Assembly: GCA_012797575.1 (NCBI GenBank)
Contig: JAAZOW010000188.1
Coordinates: 1 to 46,388 of the forward strand
Length of the DNA stretch: 46,388 nucleotides
From: Methanomicrobiales archaeon
Lineage (GTDB): Archaea; Halobacteriota; Methanomicrobia; Methanomicrobiales; Methanoculleaceae
Reading direction: 5' to 3'
In this document: positions 18,428 through 28,827 of the stretch, piece after piece
How positions within the stretch are numbered: the stretch's first letter is position 1
Layout of the letters: every line of letters starts with the position of its first letter
Position numbers and translations under genes: made by a program
The notes under the pieces: model-generated
Database searches by the model: none
What the model was told of the DNA's origin: nothing
The model's input: the letters and a program-made list of their open reading frames with translations, nothing else

Positions 18428-18761
18428 TCGAGACTGCGTGCTGGAGGTCTATCGGTGTACAGGAGGGCAGTGTCCGTGAAGGACCTGAGGGCAACACTTT
18501 AATAGATTGGCCTGGTAGTAACTGCACCTGCACAAGCATGCGCGCCCACTGCACGCCAGTAAAAACCCATGATGTCCCTTGGGCCACAGGCACACTGGGT
18601 GCATTCTCATACGAAGAGAATGTACCCTCGCGTGAGATTTGCGCGGCGCAACAGATGAGCTATCCAGCAGAGGCCACCACCCCGGATACCAGCTTCTCCC
18701 ACGCGGCTATGCTACAGAGGGGCCTCTACACACCAACCCACCCGGAGACACAGAGGACGCC

Positions 18762-20954
18762 ATGCACCTTCCAAACCCGCTTCAGTTGAATGACTGGGAC
18801 AACAGGAGGCTCTTCTGGACACTTCAGGCCCTCCAGATCACCCTCATCGTGGTGGTCTGTCTCGACCTCATCGGTTACCACATACCGATTGCCCGCGAAG
18901 CCCTGGCCTTCCTCTACGTCACTTTCCTGCCCGGGGTTCTGGTACTGAAGGCGCTCAGGCTTCACGGCCTCGGCACGATCGAGACGGTGCTCTACTCTGT
19001 CGGGTTGAGTCTTGCGGTCCTCATGTTCACCGGCCTTGCTGCGAACATCATCTACCCTCTGCTCGGGTACATGCGGCCATTCTCGCTTGAGGCCCTCTTT
19101 CCCCTGCTCATCGCAGTCGTGCAGGCCCTGCTCGTTCTCGCGCTCACCAGGGATCGGGAATACTCAGATCCCGATCCCCCTGTTTCGATCATTCCCCCCG
19201 CCCCGGCAGTGCCACTCCTGGCGCTGCTCCCGTTCCTCGCGATCATCGGGGCGTACGTGCGCAACGAGCACCACATGGTTACATACCTCTTCCTCCTCCT
19301 CGTCCTCATCGCCGTGATCGGCCTCGCCATCGGGTTTGACAGATTCATCCCGCCCTCCTGCTACCCGTTGGCGGTCTATACTATCGCACTCTCGCTCCTC
19401 TACCATACCTCGCTGATATCGGGGTATGTCTGGGGTTATGACATTCACCATGAGCTCCACCTCGTAAACGGTGTGCTCGGATCAGGTCTCTGGGATGCGA
19501 GCATCCCATACAACACCAACGCGATGCTCTCGGTCGTTGTGCTCGTACCCATCTACTCTCTCATCACGGGCATGGACCCTGTCTGGATCTTCAAGATAGT
19601 CTTCCCACTCCTCTTTGCACTCGTGCCGCTCGGTCTCTACCACATCTTTGCGAAGCAGACCAATGCAAAGATCGGGTTCCTCGCGGCCTTCTTCTTTGTC
19701 GCATTCTTCACGTTCTACACAGAGATGATCTCGCTCGCTCGCCAGCAGATCGCTGAGATATTCCTTATGCTGACGATCCTTGTGATGATCGATAAGGCGA
19801 TGAACCGGGCCCGGTGGGCGCTCCTCCTCGGCACATTTGGTATTGGCATGATCGTCTCGCACTATGGGCTATCATATATCTACCTCTCCGCGCTCGTCCC
19901 GGCATGGCTGCTCCTCGTCTTTTCAGAAAATCTCCCCGCCGGTATACGAGAAAAACTCTCGGTGGTTGGAGATAACCCAAGCTGGGGGATGGCCTCAAAG
20001 GTGCAGGCCCGGACGCTCGTCCTCCCCTACATTCTCATACTCGCCGTCTCTGCCTACCTCTGGTACTCGACGGTGGCCGGGGGTACAGCATTTGCCACCA
20101 TCACCGGCATCGGGGATAAGATCGTAAGCGCCCTCTTCGTAGGGGCGTTAAGTCCCACGACTGCTCAGGGCATGCACATCCTCACCACCCAGGCGGTCTC
20201 ACCCTTGCACAGTCTGGCGAAGGTCGTCCATGTCGCCACCCAGGGGCTCATCTGCGTGGGGCTGCTGGCAACCCTCTTTGGGCGCGAACGGTGGAGAATA
20301 AAGCCTGAGTATATCGCTATATCGCTTGTCTTCCTCGCGATCAATCTGGCCGGGATCGTTGTCCCCTTCTTCGCAAGCTCGCTCAATACGAGCAGACTCT
20401 ATCATATCACCCTGATCTTCCTTGCTCCGTTTGCGATCATCGGGGGCATAACACTCTACGAAGCCGTGGTGGGAAGGATACCCCAGGTAAGAGTCACCCC
20501 ATTTGCAAAATCAGCTTACCAGGTGTTGGCGATCTTCTTTGTTGTATTCTTCCTCTTCAATACCGGGCTCATCTACCAGATCACAGACGACCGCCCGACG
20601 TCGATAGCGCTTGAGACCACCGGAGATAAACCGGTCTTTAACGGCAGAGAGGTGGTGGGGGCGGGGTGGCTCCTCTCCGCAGGGAGCAAACGCCCCATCT
20701 ATGTCGATGGGATGCGCTGGTGGCTCTTGCTGGGCTTTGGTCCCGATCATCAGCGCTACCTCCCGGCGAATGTATCGTTGATAGAACCAGATTCCTACCT
20801 CTACTTTGGCACGCACAACATCGTGAGGGAGAGTGTCCGGATTGAGGTGACGGAACATGCGGTCACCATGGCGGACTATACCGATGCCGGGAGATTCATC
20901 GGAGATCGGGACAAGATCTATGATAATGCAGGTTCCGCCATCTACCATTGGTGA
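18762..20954 (+). CDS. DUF2206-like polytopic membrane protein
   Basis: Many TM helices; G.DIH.E, NAMLSV, LARQQIAE, SHYG and LNTSRLYH motifs; start set at ATG 18762. Confidence 0.8.
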   Translation: MHLPNPLQLNDWDNRRLFWTLQALQITLIVVVCLDLIGYHIPIAREALAFLYVTFLPGVLVLKALRLHGLGTIETVLYSVGLSLAVLMFTGLAANIIYPLLGYMRPFSLEALFPLLIAVVQALLVLALTRDREYSDPDPPVSIIPPAPAVPLLALLPFLAIIGAYVRNEHHMVTYLFLLLVLIAVIGLAIGFDRFIPPSCYPLAVYTIALSLLYHTSLISGYVWGYDIHHELHLVNGVLGSGLWDASIPYNTNAMLSVVVLVPIYSLITGMDPVWIFKIVFPLLFALVPLGLYHIFAKQTNAKIGFLAAFFFVAFFTFYTEMISLARQQIAEIFLMLTILVMIDKAMNRARWALLLGTFGIGMIVSHYGLSYIYLSALVPAWLLLVFSENLPAGIREKLSVVGDNPSWGMASKVQARTLVLPYILILAVSAYLWYSTVAGGTAFATITGIGDKIVSALFVGALSPTTAQGMHILTTQAVSPLHSLAKVVHVATQGLICVGLLATLFGRERWRIKPEYIAISLVFLAINLAGIVVPFFASSLNTSRLYHITLIFLAPFAIIGGITLYEAVVGRIPQVRVTPFAKSAYQVLAIFFVVFFLFNTGLIYQITDDRPTSIALETTGDKPVFNGREVVGAGWLLSAGSKRPIYVDGMRWWLLLGFGPDHQRYLPANVSLIEPDSYLYFGTHNIVRESVRIEVTEHAVTMADYTDAGRFIGDRDKIYDNAGSAIYHW

Positions 20955-21284
20955 AGGATCGGGCTTGGTACACCGTCTCATGTGGTTCCCTACCCGAGCT
21001 CTGCCTCACACGAAACCACCGAGATCTGGATTGTCTGGTCGAGAGGTGTACCCCCTGCGGGGAGGGAGAGCTCTTTTCCTCTCCGGTCCACTGCCTCAAG
21101 GAGATCTTGGGATAGAACCATATTCTCAGGTTCGTTTCCCTGGCACGATTTTTGATGGAGAGGACCTCCGAATGCGCGGGCGGGGGAGGAGGCGCGACGA
21201 GCCGGGTGAGGCCGGGGGGCCACCCGCCCTCTCTCACCACAAAATGCGGGTAGCGCTCACGAAATGAGGTTCACGTCCCATCGA

Positions 21285-21671
21285 TCAGATATCCAGGATT
21301 GGTTCAAACTGTGACTTCCCGACCGGTCCGTAAAAACTTGTTATCTTCGGATCCAGGCCGCAGATCGGGCAGACATAGTTCTCTGGCAGATCCTCAAACG
21401 CGGTACCTTTCGGGTAGCCCCGGAACGGTTCGCCGCGCTTCCTGTCGTACACGTAGCCGCATATCTTGCAGATATACCTCGTTGGCTCCCAGGGCACAAA
21501 TCCCCACGTCCCGATCGGCCCTTTGCCGGTCGCGCCACAGACCGGGCATAGGTAATCCTCTGGCAGATCCTCAAACGCGGTCCCGGCCGGGATACCGCGA
21601 TGTGACTCACCCCGTAGCGGCGAGTAGATGTAGTTACAGTACTTGCACCGGTATCGCTTCACGCCCTTCAT
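21285..21671 (-). CDS. Tandem two-domain rubredoxin
   Basis: CKYC...[16 protein letters not shown] and CKIC...[16 protein letters not shown]; start ATG 21671. Confidence 0.88.
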   Translation of the reverse strand: MKGVKRYRCKYCNYIYSPLRGESHRGIPAGTAFEDLPEDYLCPVCGATGKGPIGTWGFVPWEPTRYICKICGYVYDRKRGEPFRGYPKGTAFEDLPENYVCPICGLDPKITSFYGPVGKSQFEPILDI

Positions 21672-21838
21672 GCAGATCACACTCATCCAGGGATTTCTAC
21701 CAGATAAGGTTTCCCGTGATCCTGCGCGGTAGCCGGTGACAAGCACCCCTGCCGGAGTGCAAGCGCGAGCTGATGCGAGAGAGAGAGCAGGGCGTGTTTG
21801 TCCCCTGCTCTCGCCGGATCAGGTATGTCCAGGCCGGG

Positions 21839-22231
21839 CTACCAGGAGACCTCGCCTGTATCTCCGTTCACCGTCACCCTGGTGCCGGGTGGCAGATGGG
21901 AGAACTCTGGAGGAAGGCGATCGATCATGGGAATCTCCGCAATGATCGCCCCGACCGCGATTATCGGTTCGGCCTCAGTATTGATGATTGCAGCAGGGGC
22001 AAGGCCGTTCTGTCTCAACGCGTAGATGACGTAAGATCCTACCGTCGATCCCTTCCCGTACGGAAAAGATAGCACCCGCCCGGCGATCGACTGCCCTTCA
22101 AGCGGGTGGCCCCGTTCCACGACGATACCGGTCTTGGGGTTGACGCCCGAGAGGAACGATATGGGTTCGGGTGATACGAGGAGTTCCCCGGTCCCTATAC
22201 CCCTGGATATGCCTCTACCTAACATGATCAT
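21839..22231 (-). CDS. DUF126 / aconitase X swiveling-domain protein (phosphomevalonate dehydratase small subunit-like)
   Basis: ISFLSGV.PKTG...HPL.GQSI.G and GKGSTVGSY motifs. Confidence 0.85.
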   Translation of the reverse strand: MIMLGRGISRGIGTGELLVSPEPISFLSGVNPKTGIVVERGHPLEGQSIAGRVLSFPYGKGSTVGSYVIYALRQNGLAPAAIINTEAEPIIAVGAIIAEIPMIDRLPPEFSHLPPGTRVTVNGDTGEVSW

Positions 22232-22268
22232 CGCCACCACATTATAATGAGGTTAGGGATCTAATTAT

Positions 22269-23441
22269 ATGAGTGACATGGACGAAACCCTTAGCAACAG
22301 CCCTGGAAGCGAGCACGACATGCTCAAACTCCAGATCCAGGATCTGAAAGCGCAGATCCTGGACTATAAACTAAAGAACGAGCTACTCGAGAAAGAGCTC
22401 CTGCAGCTCAGGAAAGAGAACGGTCAATTAAAACGGATGCCGCTGTTTGTTGCTGCGGTGGTTGATGTCCTGGATGGTGGTGAGGTATACCTCCGGCAGC
22501 AGGGCAACAATCAGGAATACGTCACCACAGTCAATAAGGAGCTCCACCGCATCCTCAAACCCGGGATGAAGGTAGCGGTGAATAATACCCTCTCTATCGT
22601 CAAGACAATCGGCAATATCTATGACTCAAGGGTTAGAGTCATGGAGCTCGATGAACAGCCTGGCGTAACGTTCAAGCAGATCGGCGGCCTGAAGAGCGAG
22701 ATCGAGGAGGTCAGGGAGGCGGTTGAGTATCCGCTCACGAAACCGGAGGTCTATGAGCGTGTGGGAGTTGAGCCCCCCAAGGGTATACTCCTTTACGGCC
22801 CGCCCGGGACAGGGAAGACCCTGATCGCAAAGGCGATCGCCAACCAGTCTCATGCGCGGTTCATCAGGATGTCAGGGAGCGAACTCGTCCACAAGTATAT
22901 CGGGGAAGGCGCGCAGCTCGTGCGGGAACTCTTCGTCCTTGCCCGGGAACGGGCTCCGGCGATCGTTTTCATCGATGAGATCGACGCGATCGGGAGCATG
23001 CGCACCAACGACGGCACCTCAGGGAGCGCTGAGGTCCAGCGGACACTCATGCAACTCCTCGCTGAGATGGACGGGTTTGGGAACCGGGGTAACGTCAGGA
23101 TCATGGCAGCGACCAACCGGATCGATATGCTGGATCCGGCCCTGTTACGCCCCGGCCGATTCGACCGTATCATCCAGGTCCCCCTCCCTGATGCCGGGGC
23201 ACGTCTTGAGATCCTGAAGATCCACTCTGCGAAGATGACCCTTGCCGGAGATGTAGACCTCTCGGAGATCGCTGACCTCACCGGGAAGTCCACCGGCGCC
23301 GAGCTTCAGGCGGTCTGTCGTGAGGCAGGCATGATGGCGGTTCGCAAGGATGCCAGGGCCGTCGAGCGGGAAGACTTTCTTGCGGCGATCAAGAAGGTGC
23401 AACGCGAGGTGGCGGCGCCTGACGCCCGCATGTATATCTGA
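22269..23441 (+). CDS. pan: Proteasome-activating nucleotidase (paralog 1)
   Basis: N-terminal coiled coil, [26 protein letters not shown]; C-terminal MYI. Confidence 0.92.
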   Translation: MSDMDETLSNSPGSEHDMLKLQIQDLKAQILDYKLKNELLEKELLQLRKENGQLKRMPLFVAAVVDVLDGGEVYLRQQGNNQEYVTTVNKELHRILKPGMKVAVNNTLSIVKTIGNIYDSRVRVMELDEQPGVTFKQIGGLKSEIEEVREAVEYPLTKPEVYERVGVEPPKGILLYGPPGTGKTLIAKAIANQSHARFIRMSGSELVHKYIGEGAQLVRELFVLARERAPAIVFIDEIDAIGSMRTNDGTSGSAEVQRTLMQLLAEMDGFGNRGNVRIMAATNRIDMLDPALLRPGRFDRIIQVPLPDAGARLEILKIHSAKMTLAGDVDLSEIADLTGKSTGAELQAVCREAGMMAVRKDARAVEREDFLAAIKKVQREVAAPDARMYI

Positions 23442-23577
23442 CGTGGGATCTCCTGGATCCACTCTTTTCCTCCCTCTGCATGCCGCATAAAGGGTACGGT
23501 TCCGTGCCTGACCGATGCAGCTGCCCCGGGCTGCTCTGCTCCAGGAAAGTCTTATCGATACCCCATCTACAAGATAT

Positions 23578-24024
23578 ATGGTGAACGTCCTCCTCATCCA
23601 GTTGGAGGGTGTTGATCTCTACGCCACCCTGATCAACTCTGAGACCAGCAGGGATGCCCTACGTTTCTACCGACCTGATAGGCTGAAGTGCGGTATACGT
23701 GCCCGGACAGCGTCGCTTGGGAGTGCGCTTGCCCTCACCTCAGAGCTCCGGTGGTACATCCAGCGGTACGTTGGAGAGATCCTCTTCGAACCCGAGGAGG
23801 GCATCTTCTGTTCATCCAGTCTTGCCCAGCAGATCTATAGGCGCGATGTAAAACCCATGCCGCCCTGGAGATATCGTTGCCTCTATCGCGTATCCAGTCA
23901 TCTGATCGACATCATATGGATGGATGCGGGCACAGTGCCCCAGGTATATGCGGACCAATTTGAGCCTGATGATACGGTGCTTGAGGTCTGGTGCACGGAG
24001 GAAGAGCACCGAGCTGGATTGTAA
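23578..24024 (+). CDS. Conserved archaeal hypothetical protein (DUF5804-like)
   Basis: VDLY..L..SETSR.AL.FY, SLGSAL.L..ELRWY and VLEVW motifs recognised from memory. Confidence 0.7.
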   Translation: MVNVLLIQLEGVDLYATLINSETSRDALRFYRPDRLKCGIRARTASLGSALALTSELRWYIQRYVGEILFEPEEGIFCSSSLAQQIYRRDVKPMPPWRYRCLYRVSSHLIDIIWMDAGTVPQVYADQFEPDDTVLEVWCTEEEHRAGL

Positions 24025-24074
24025 AGCGCATCGGCGAGTATGTGCCTGTGGGGAGAGGGGACCCCTCTGGCGGC

Positions 24075-26597
24075 TCACCCCGCAAGCCTTCGGACGAAGT
24101 GCCCGCCGGTGATCCCCCCGAATGCCCGCTTTTTCACCGCATCTTTGAGCGCGCTGAGCGTACCCTGATCTCCCCGGCAAGCAGCTGCGACCCCGTCAAC
24201 GTAGAGCCGGGTCATCTCCCCGGCATACCTGGGCCCGCGCCCCCGGGCATCGATCACGACTGCATCGATGCCCATCCCGACGATCCGGGGCAGATGGTCG
24301 ATCAGGCAGGTCTCGACGGCGTTGGCGATATACGTCAGGGATTCGCCATCACACCGGAGCGGAAAGATGCGGCCCCGCCGATCTTGCAGCCCCAGGAACC
24401 GGTTGCCAGGAGCTGCCGCCGCCGGCCGATCCTCAGTCACCATCGCCTCGATAGTGCCCTGCACGAGCACCTCAAGCAGTGGGACGTCCCCGCCCCTTGA
24501 CTCTGCAAGGCGGGTTAGATCAGCGGCCGGGAGTTCCGGGGATACTGTGCACCGTAGGAAGAGCGGGGCCAGCTCCCTGAGAGTTCGGCGGTTCCAGACG
24601 TTCAGACCGGCAGCCCCGAAGAGCTCCATCCGGGGTTCGGCCTTCCGCACCGCATCCGCAGCGCCGAGCCCGCTCACCATGACGCCGTGGATATCCGCAT
24701 CATGGAGTGACGGGAGGAGCGGGATGGCTGCATCAAGAAAGGCGCGCCGCGTGATGGATGGCCACTTCCAGACAGGTTCCGTGCTACCGGCCCGGCAGAG
24801 AGCGGCAACCTCCTCAAGGAGGGTCGGGGTCATCGGGTCGACCGGTTCGAAGTAGATAGTCCGGGCGCCGGCCCGGGTGGCGGCCTCCACGCCCTCCGGG
24901 GTGTCGGTGTAGACTGAGACCGAGGGGACCTGCTCCATGACCCTGCCCGGGTGCGTCAGCCCGGCGATAGCAGCCTCTGCCCGATCCCGGGCCTCCCGCA
25001 CCGCGTCCGGGCCCGGACGCCATGCAGCGGCTATGGTCTCCTCGACCCTCCCTAAGAACGCCCGGCGAGCCCGGTTCAGTGCGCCTGGAGGCGCAAAGAG
25101 CCCGCCCGGGTAGTCGAGATCCAATCTGCGGATGATAAACGGTGTCCCTCCGGTCCTGGTGAGCTGCCCCGCGATATCCTCCGCAGAGAGTGGCCGGCTC
25201 CGTGCCGGCTCCATCCGCAGGTCTGCCCGGTAGGCAGCCTGGAACCGCTCTCCATTGCGCCCGAAGAGCGTCCCCTCAAAACAGGGCACGCCGTCATCCC
25301 AGGTGACCGCAAGATCGATCGGCAACGGCTGTAGACCCTCAAGGATCTCTCTTGTCTGTTCCTCCAGATCCGCGCTCTTCGTCAGCAAGACCCTCATCCC
25401 CCGATCGACGGGTGCGGGAACTCTGACCCGCACCATACCTCGGCGGAGAGCGGGGGTGCCGTGGACGATGGTGCCCACATCCCGATCTGGATCGTCTGTG
25501 CAGAAGGCCAACCCGTCGCCGGAGCGGGGCACGACCTCCCCGGTGAGGCGGACAGTCGCCTCCCGCCTCTGCGGGCTGTAACTGACCACCGAACCGAGCG
25601 GGATCCCCCGGTTCCCGGGCCGGTCGCGGGCCATGATATCGGGTGCGCTGAGGATGTAGCCCTCGGTGAACTCGCGGTTGAATGCGAGCGCGAGATCACG
25701 CATATCCTCCCCGGAGGGTGTCCAGGCCTCCCCGGCGGCGATCGTATCGAGGGCGCGCCGGTAGATCCCCACCACCGTAGCAACGTATTCCGCTGAACGC
25801 ATCCTCCCCTCTATCTTGAGTGAAGCCACCGGTGCACGTGCTATCCGGTCGAGATATGGGTATATCGCGAGATCCCGGGTCGAAAGCAGGTACGGTCCCT
25901 CTGCAGGCACGGTCTGGAGGGCTTCTGGGCGGCCATACTCATCCTTCTCAGCGATCACGAGCCGATAGGGCTTCCTGCACGGCTGAGCGCACATCCCCCG
26001 GTTCCCGCTCCGGTTCCCGATCATCGAGGAGAGGAGGCATTGCCCTGAGTAGCAGTAGCAGAGCGCACCGTGGACGAAGACTTCGATACCGATCCCCGAG
26101 ACCCCGGCGGCGATATCCTCAATCTCGGGGAGGGTGAGTTCCCGTGCCAGGACCACACGGGAGAACCCCTCCCGCGCGGCCCGGGCCACGCCTTCACGGT
26201 TATGGATCGTCATCTGGGTGGAGGCGTGGAGGGGTAGATCCGGGATCACCTCCCGGGCGAGTGCCGCAACGCCGATATCCTGCACCAGGATGGCATCTGC
26301 CCCGATCTCATAGAGCCAGAGGAGGTAGCGGATCACGTCGGGGAGTTCGGCATCACTGATGAGGGTGTTTACGGTGATGTAGACCCGGGCACCCTGGAGA
26401 TGCGCATAATCGATTGCAGACCGGAGTTCATCATCCGAGAAGTTCGCTGCATACTGCCTTGCCCCAAACCGCCTCCCCGCAAGATAGACCGCATCCGCGC
26501 CAGCGGCCAGAGCGGCGGCCAGAGCCTCCGGCGATCCGGCAGGTGCAAGCAGCTCCGGAGATACGATCGGATCGGCTCTTGAGTGATCGTGTGGCAT
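24075..26597 (-). CDS. Peptidase U32 family protein with DUF3656 (RlhA-like hydroxylation protein)
   Basis: ELLAPAG, HASTQ, EVFVHGALCYCYSGQC...NRGMCAQPCR and LKIEGRM motifs; large C-terminal region. Confidence 0.88.
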   Translation of the reverse strand: MPHDHSRADPIVSPELLAPAGSPEALAAALAAGADAVYLAGRRFGARQYAANFSDDELRSAIDYAHLQGARVYITVNTLISDAELPDVIRYLLWLYEIGADAILVQDIGVAALAREVIPDLPLHASTQMTIHNREGVARAAREGFSRVVLARELTLPEIEDIAAGVSGIGIEVFVHGALCYCYSGQCLLSSMIGNRSGNRGMCAQPCRKPYRLVIAEKDEYGRPEALQTVPAEGPYLLSTRDLAIYPYLDRIARAPVASLKIEGRMRSAEYVATVVGIYRRALDTIAAGEAWTPSGEDMRDLALAFNREFTEGYILSAPDIMARDRPGNRGIPLGSVVSYSPQRREATVRLTGEVVPRSGDGLAFCTDDPDRDVGTIVHGTPALRRGMVRVRVPAPVDRGMRVLLTKSADLEEQTREILEGLQPLPIDLAVTWDDGVPCFEGTLFGRNGERFQAAYRADLRMEPARSRPLSAEDIAGQLTRTGGTPFIIRRLDLDYPGGLFAPPGALNRARRAFLGRVEETIAAAWRPGPDAVREARDRAEAAIAGLTHPGRVMEQVPSVSVYTDTPEGVEAATRAGARTIYFEPVDPMTPTLLEEVAALCRAGSTEPVWKWPSITRRAFLDAAIPLLPSLHDADIHGVMVSGLGAADAVRKAEPRMELFGAAGLNVWNRRTLRELAPLFLRCTVSPELPAADLTRLAESRGGDVPLLEVLVQGTIEAMVTEDRPAAAAPGNRFLGLQDRRGRIFPLRCDGESLTYIANAVETCLIDHLPRIVGMGIDAVVIDARGRGPRYAGEMTRLYVDGVAAACRGDQGTLSALKDAVKKRAFGGITGGHFVRRLAG

Positions 26598-26733
26598 TCT
26601 GATCCAGTACAGTCACCCTGCCGGCCTATATACCCACTCTGGCAAGACCCAGGAATGCTTGCCTTCATCCACTCGGTCCCAAGGGGGGTGTCACCCTTTT
26701 TTTTGCGAAGAGGACCAATCGAGAGGGAGGATC

Positions 26734-27555
26734 ATGGATACGGTCGGGGTTATCGGTTGCGGAGAGATGGGGCGCATGCTGGTGGACGGGTTTCTTTCGT
26801 CGGGGGTGCTCCGGGCTGATGAAGTTGTGGTCTCATCGAGGAGCAAGGGGAGCCTGGATACATGCGCGGCCGCCTGGCCGGGGATCGGTATCGCGGCGAC
26901 AAATACTGAGCTCGCCCGGCAGTGCCGCCTGATCATCATCGCCGTCAGACCGCAGGAGATCATGGCTGTCCTCCGCGAGATCGCTCCGGTGATGGATGGT
27001 AGTGAGCATATCGTCTCGCTTGCCGCTGGCGTAGGCCTTGCGGATCTTGAATCGGTATTCTGGGGTTCGGTCACCCGCACTGTGCCCACGATCACGTCCC
27101 GGGCTTGGCAGGGGACGACGCTGATCTGCCACGGACACCGGGTTGGGGCGGGCGACGCCATCCGGGTGGAGGAGCTCCTCTCCTCCATCGGTGACGTGAT
27201 GCTCGTCGGAGAGGATGAACTCGCGGTGGCAACGCTCCTTTCGAGCTGCGGGCCGGGGTTGCTTGTTGCCATCATCGAGGAGATGGCCCAGGCGGCATCC
27301 CGCGCAGGTGACCTCTCGTACGACCGGGCTCTTTCGCTTGCGACGGGGATGGCCATGGCCACGGCTGCCTGCATGAGAAAGGCCGGCGAAGCACCGCCCG
27401 ACCTGATCCGGCGGGTTGCGACCGGTGGCGGCATGACCGAGGTCGGGGTGCAGGAGCTCCGTGAACGGCTGCCCATGATCTTTGATGAGGTTTTTGCCGC
27501 TATGCTGGAGCGTCATGGTGCGCTTGAGAGATGGTGTGGCAGGAAGTCGCCCTGA
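26734..27555 (+). CDS. proC: Pyrroline-5-carboxylate reductase family protein
   Basis: [27 protein letters not shown] and [10 protein letters not shown] motifs; GGAGG SD; divergent from canonical ProC. Confidence 0.75.
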   Translation: MDTVGVIGCGEMGRMLVDGFLSSGVLRADEVVVSSRSKGSLDTCAAAWPGIGIAATNTELARQCRLIIIAVRPQEIMAVLREIAPVMDGSEHIVSLAAGVGLADLESVFWGSVTRTVPTITSRAWQGTTLICHGHRVGAGDAIRVEELLSSIGDVMLVGEDELAVATLLSSCGPGLLVAIIEEMAQAASRAGDLSYDRALSLATGMAMATAACMRKAGEAPPDLIRRVATGGGMTEVGVQELRERLPMIFDEVFAAMLERHGALERWCGRKSP

Positions 27556-27611
27556 TCCTGGGAGGGTGCGGGCAGGCTTTAAGTGGTGGGGCGGCTACAT
27601 CTCCGGTGGAT

Positions 27612-28241
27612 ATGAAGATCGTCGTCTCTGTGGAGGATACCGGCTCTATCGATGAGGTGATAAAGTATAGCCCAACGTTCATCGAGCTCAGGCTCGACCG
27701 GATGGCCGATGATCCGCTGGATCAGGTCCGTGCGGTCCGGGAACAGACCGCCATCCCCCTTATCGCCACGCTCAGGAGCAGGGAAGAGGGGGGAGATTTC
27801 GTCGGCGGCGCGGATCTCTGGGCTCGCATCGTCAATCCGATTGCGAAGTACGTTGATCTCGTGGATATCGAGGCCCGTTACCGGGACCATGCACCGGCCA
27901 TCAAGAGCCAGGGGGTCCAGATAATCGCGTCCCTCCACACGAACGAGATGCCTTCTCCCTCAGAGCTGAGAGAGATCGAGGGGATGCTCAGATCGTATGG
28001 CGACATACCGAAGATCGTCGTGAAGCCCCGCACCCCCGATGACCTCCTCGCGCTCATCGCGTTCACCCATCATGCCCAAAAGCCCATCTGCACAAGCGTC
28101 ATGGGCTCTGAGTTTCGCTACGCACGCGCGATCCTGCCGCTTCTCGGCTCGGAGTTCACCTTCTGTCACGCCGGAACTCCGACGGCCGGGGGGCAGTACC
28201 ACATACGGGAGATGCGGCAGATCGCGGACCTGATGAAGTGA
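27612..28241 (+). CDS. aroD: Type I 3-dehydroquinate dehydratase
   Basis: IELRLD, IATLR..EEGG, VDIE, IIAS.H, DIPKIV and A.GQ motifs. Confidence 0.88.
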   Translation: MKIVVSVEDTGSIDEVIKYSPTFIELRLDRMADDPLDQVRAVREQTAIPLIATLRSREEGGDFVGGADLWARIVNPIAKYVDLVDIEARYRDHAPAIKSQGVQIIASLHTNEMPSPSELREIEGMLRSYGDIPKIVVKPRTPDDLLALIAFTHHAQKPICTSVMGSEFRYARAILPLLGSEFTFCHAGTPTAGGQYHIREMRQIADLMK

Positions 28242-28301
28242 GGGGAAGAGGGACTTCACGGTCCCTTTCACCGATAACCAGGCAAATCATTCAGCTTTCT
28301 G

Positions 28302-28661
28302 ATGTGTACGGCCATCTTACCTGTGATCTGGCGGACCCTGCATTGCAACGATTGTATTACAGTCGATCTCGCATCTGTTGAAGTTGCAAATGTTGCCCGG
28401 AAGCGGGTCCGCCATTCAGGTCAGGAGATCATCAGATCCGGGCTGGCCGACGCTCAGGCATTTGTCCGGGAGACCTGCCATGTGGTACCGGCCCGTGACC
28501 TGATGCCCGCGACATACGATCTGGCGTGCAGCCACGGGATCACAATCTACGACGCCCTCTTTGTTGCCGCGGCGGTCCAGTGCGGGACCGGCCTGGTGAC
28601 CGGCGACGGCAGGCTCCACGACGCAGTGAAACCAGTGGTGACCACGCAACTGGTCCGTTGA
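28302..28661 (+). pseudogene. N-terminally truncated PIN-domain (VapC-like) remnant
   Basis: EVANV, ITIYDALFVAAA and LVTGD.RL present; first-strand Asp motif and an antitoxin gene not seen. Confidence 0.65.
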
Positions 28662-28827
28662 CACGGGCCGGGTAGCCCGCCAGAGAAATGGAGCCACGAA
28701 TCACTCCGTGGTCTATTCCCCGCTCGAAACCCTTCGGGTCTCTCCAGCGCCGGCCCGTCGCACTTCGCACCTAGCGATGTTCGAGTTCCGTTCCTGCGGG
28801 AACGTCGTTCTAGCGAACCGTCGCACC

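Noticed and set aside
20960-21270. Short similarity GCCTCACACGAAACCAC (~21003) to the MITE right-arm region
   Set aside because: Only ~17 bp with mismatches and no arms or TIRs; too weak to call a fifth copy.
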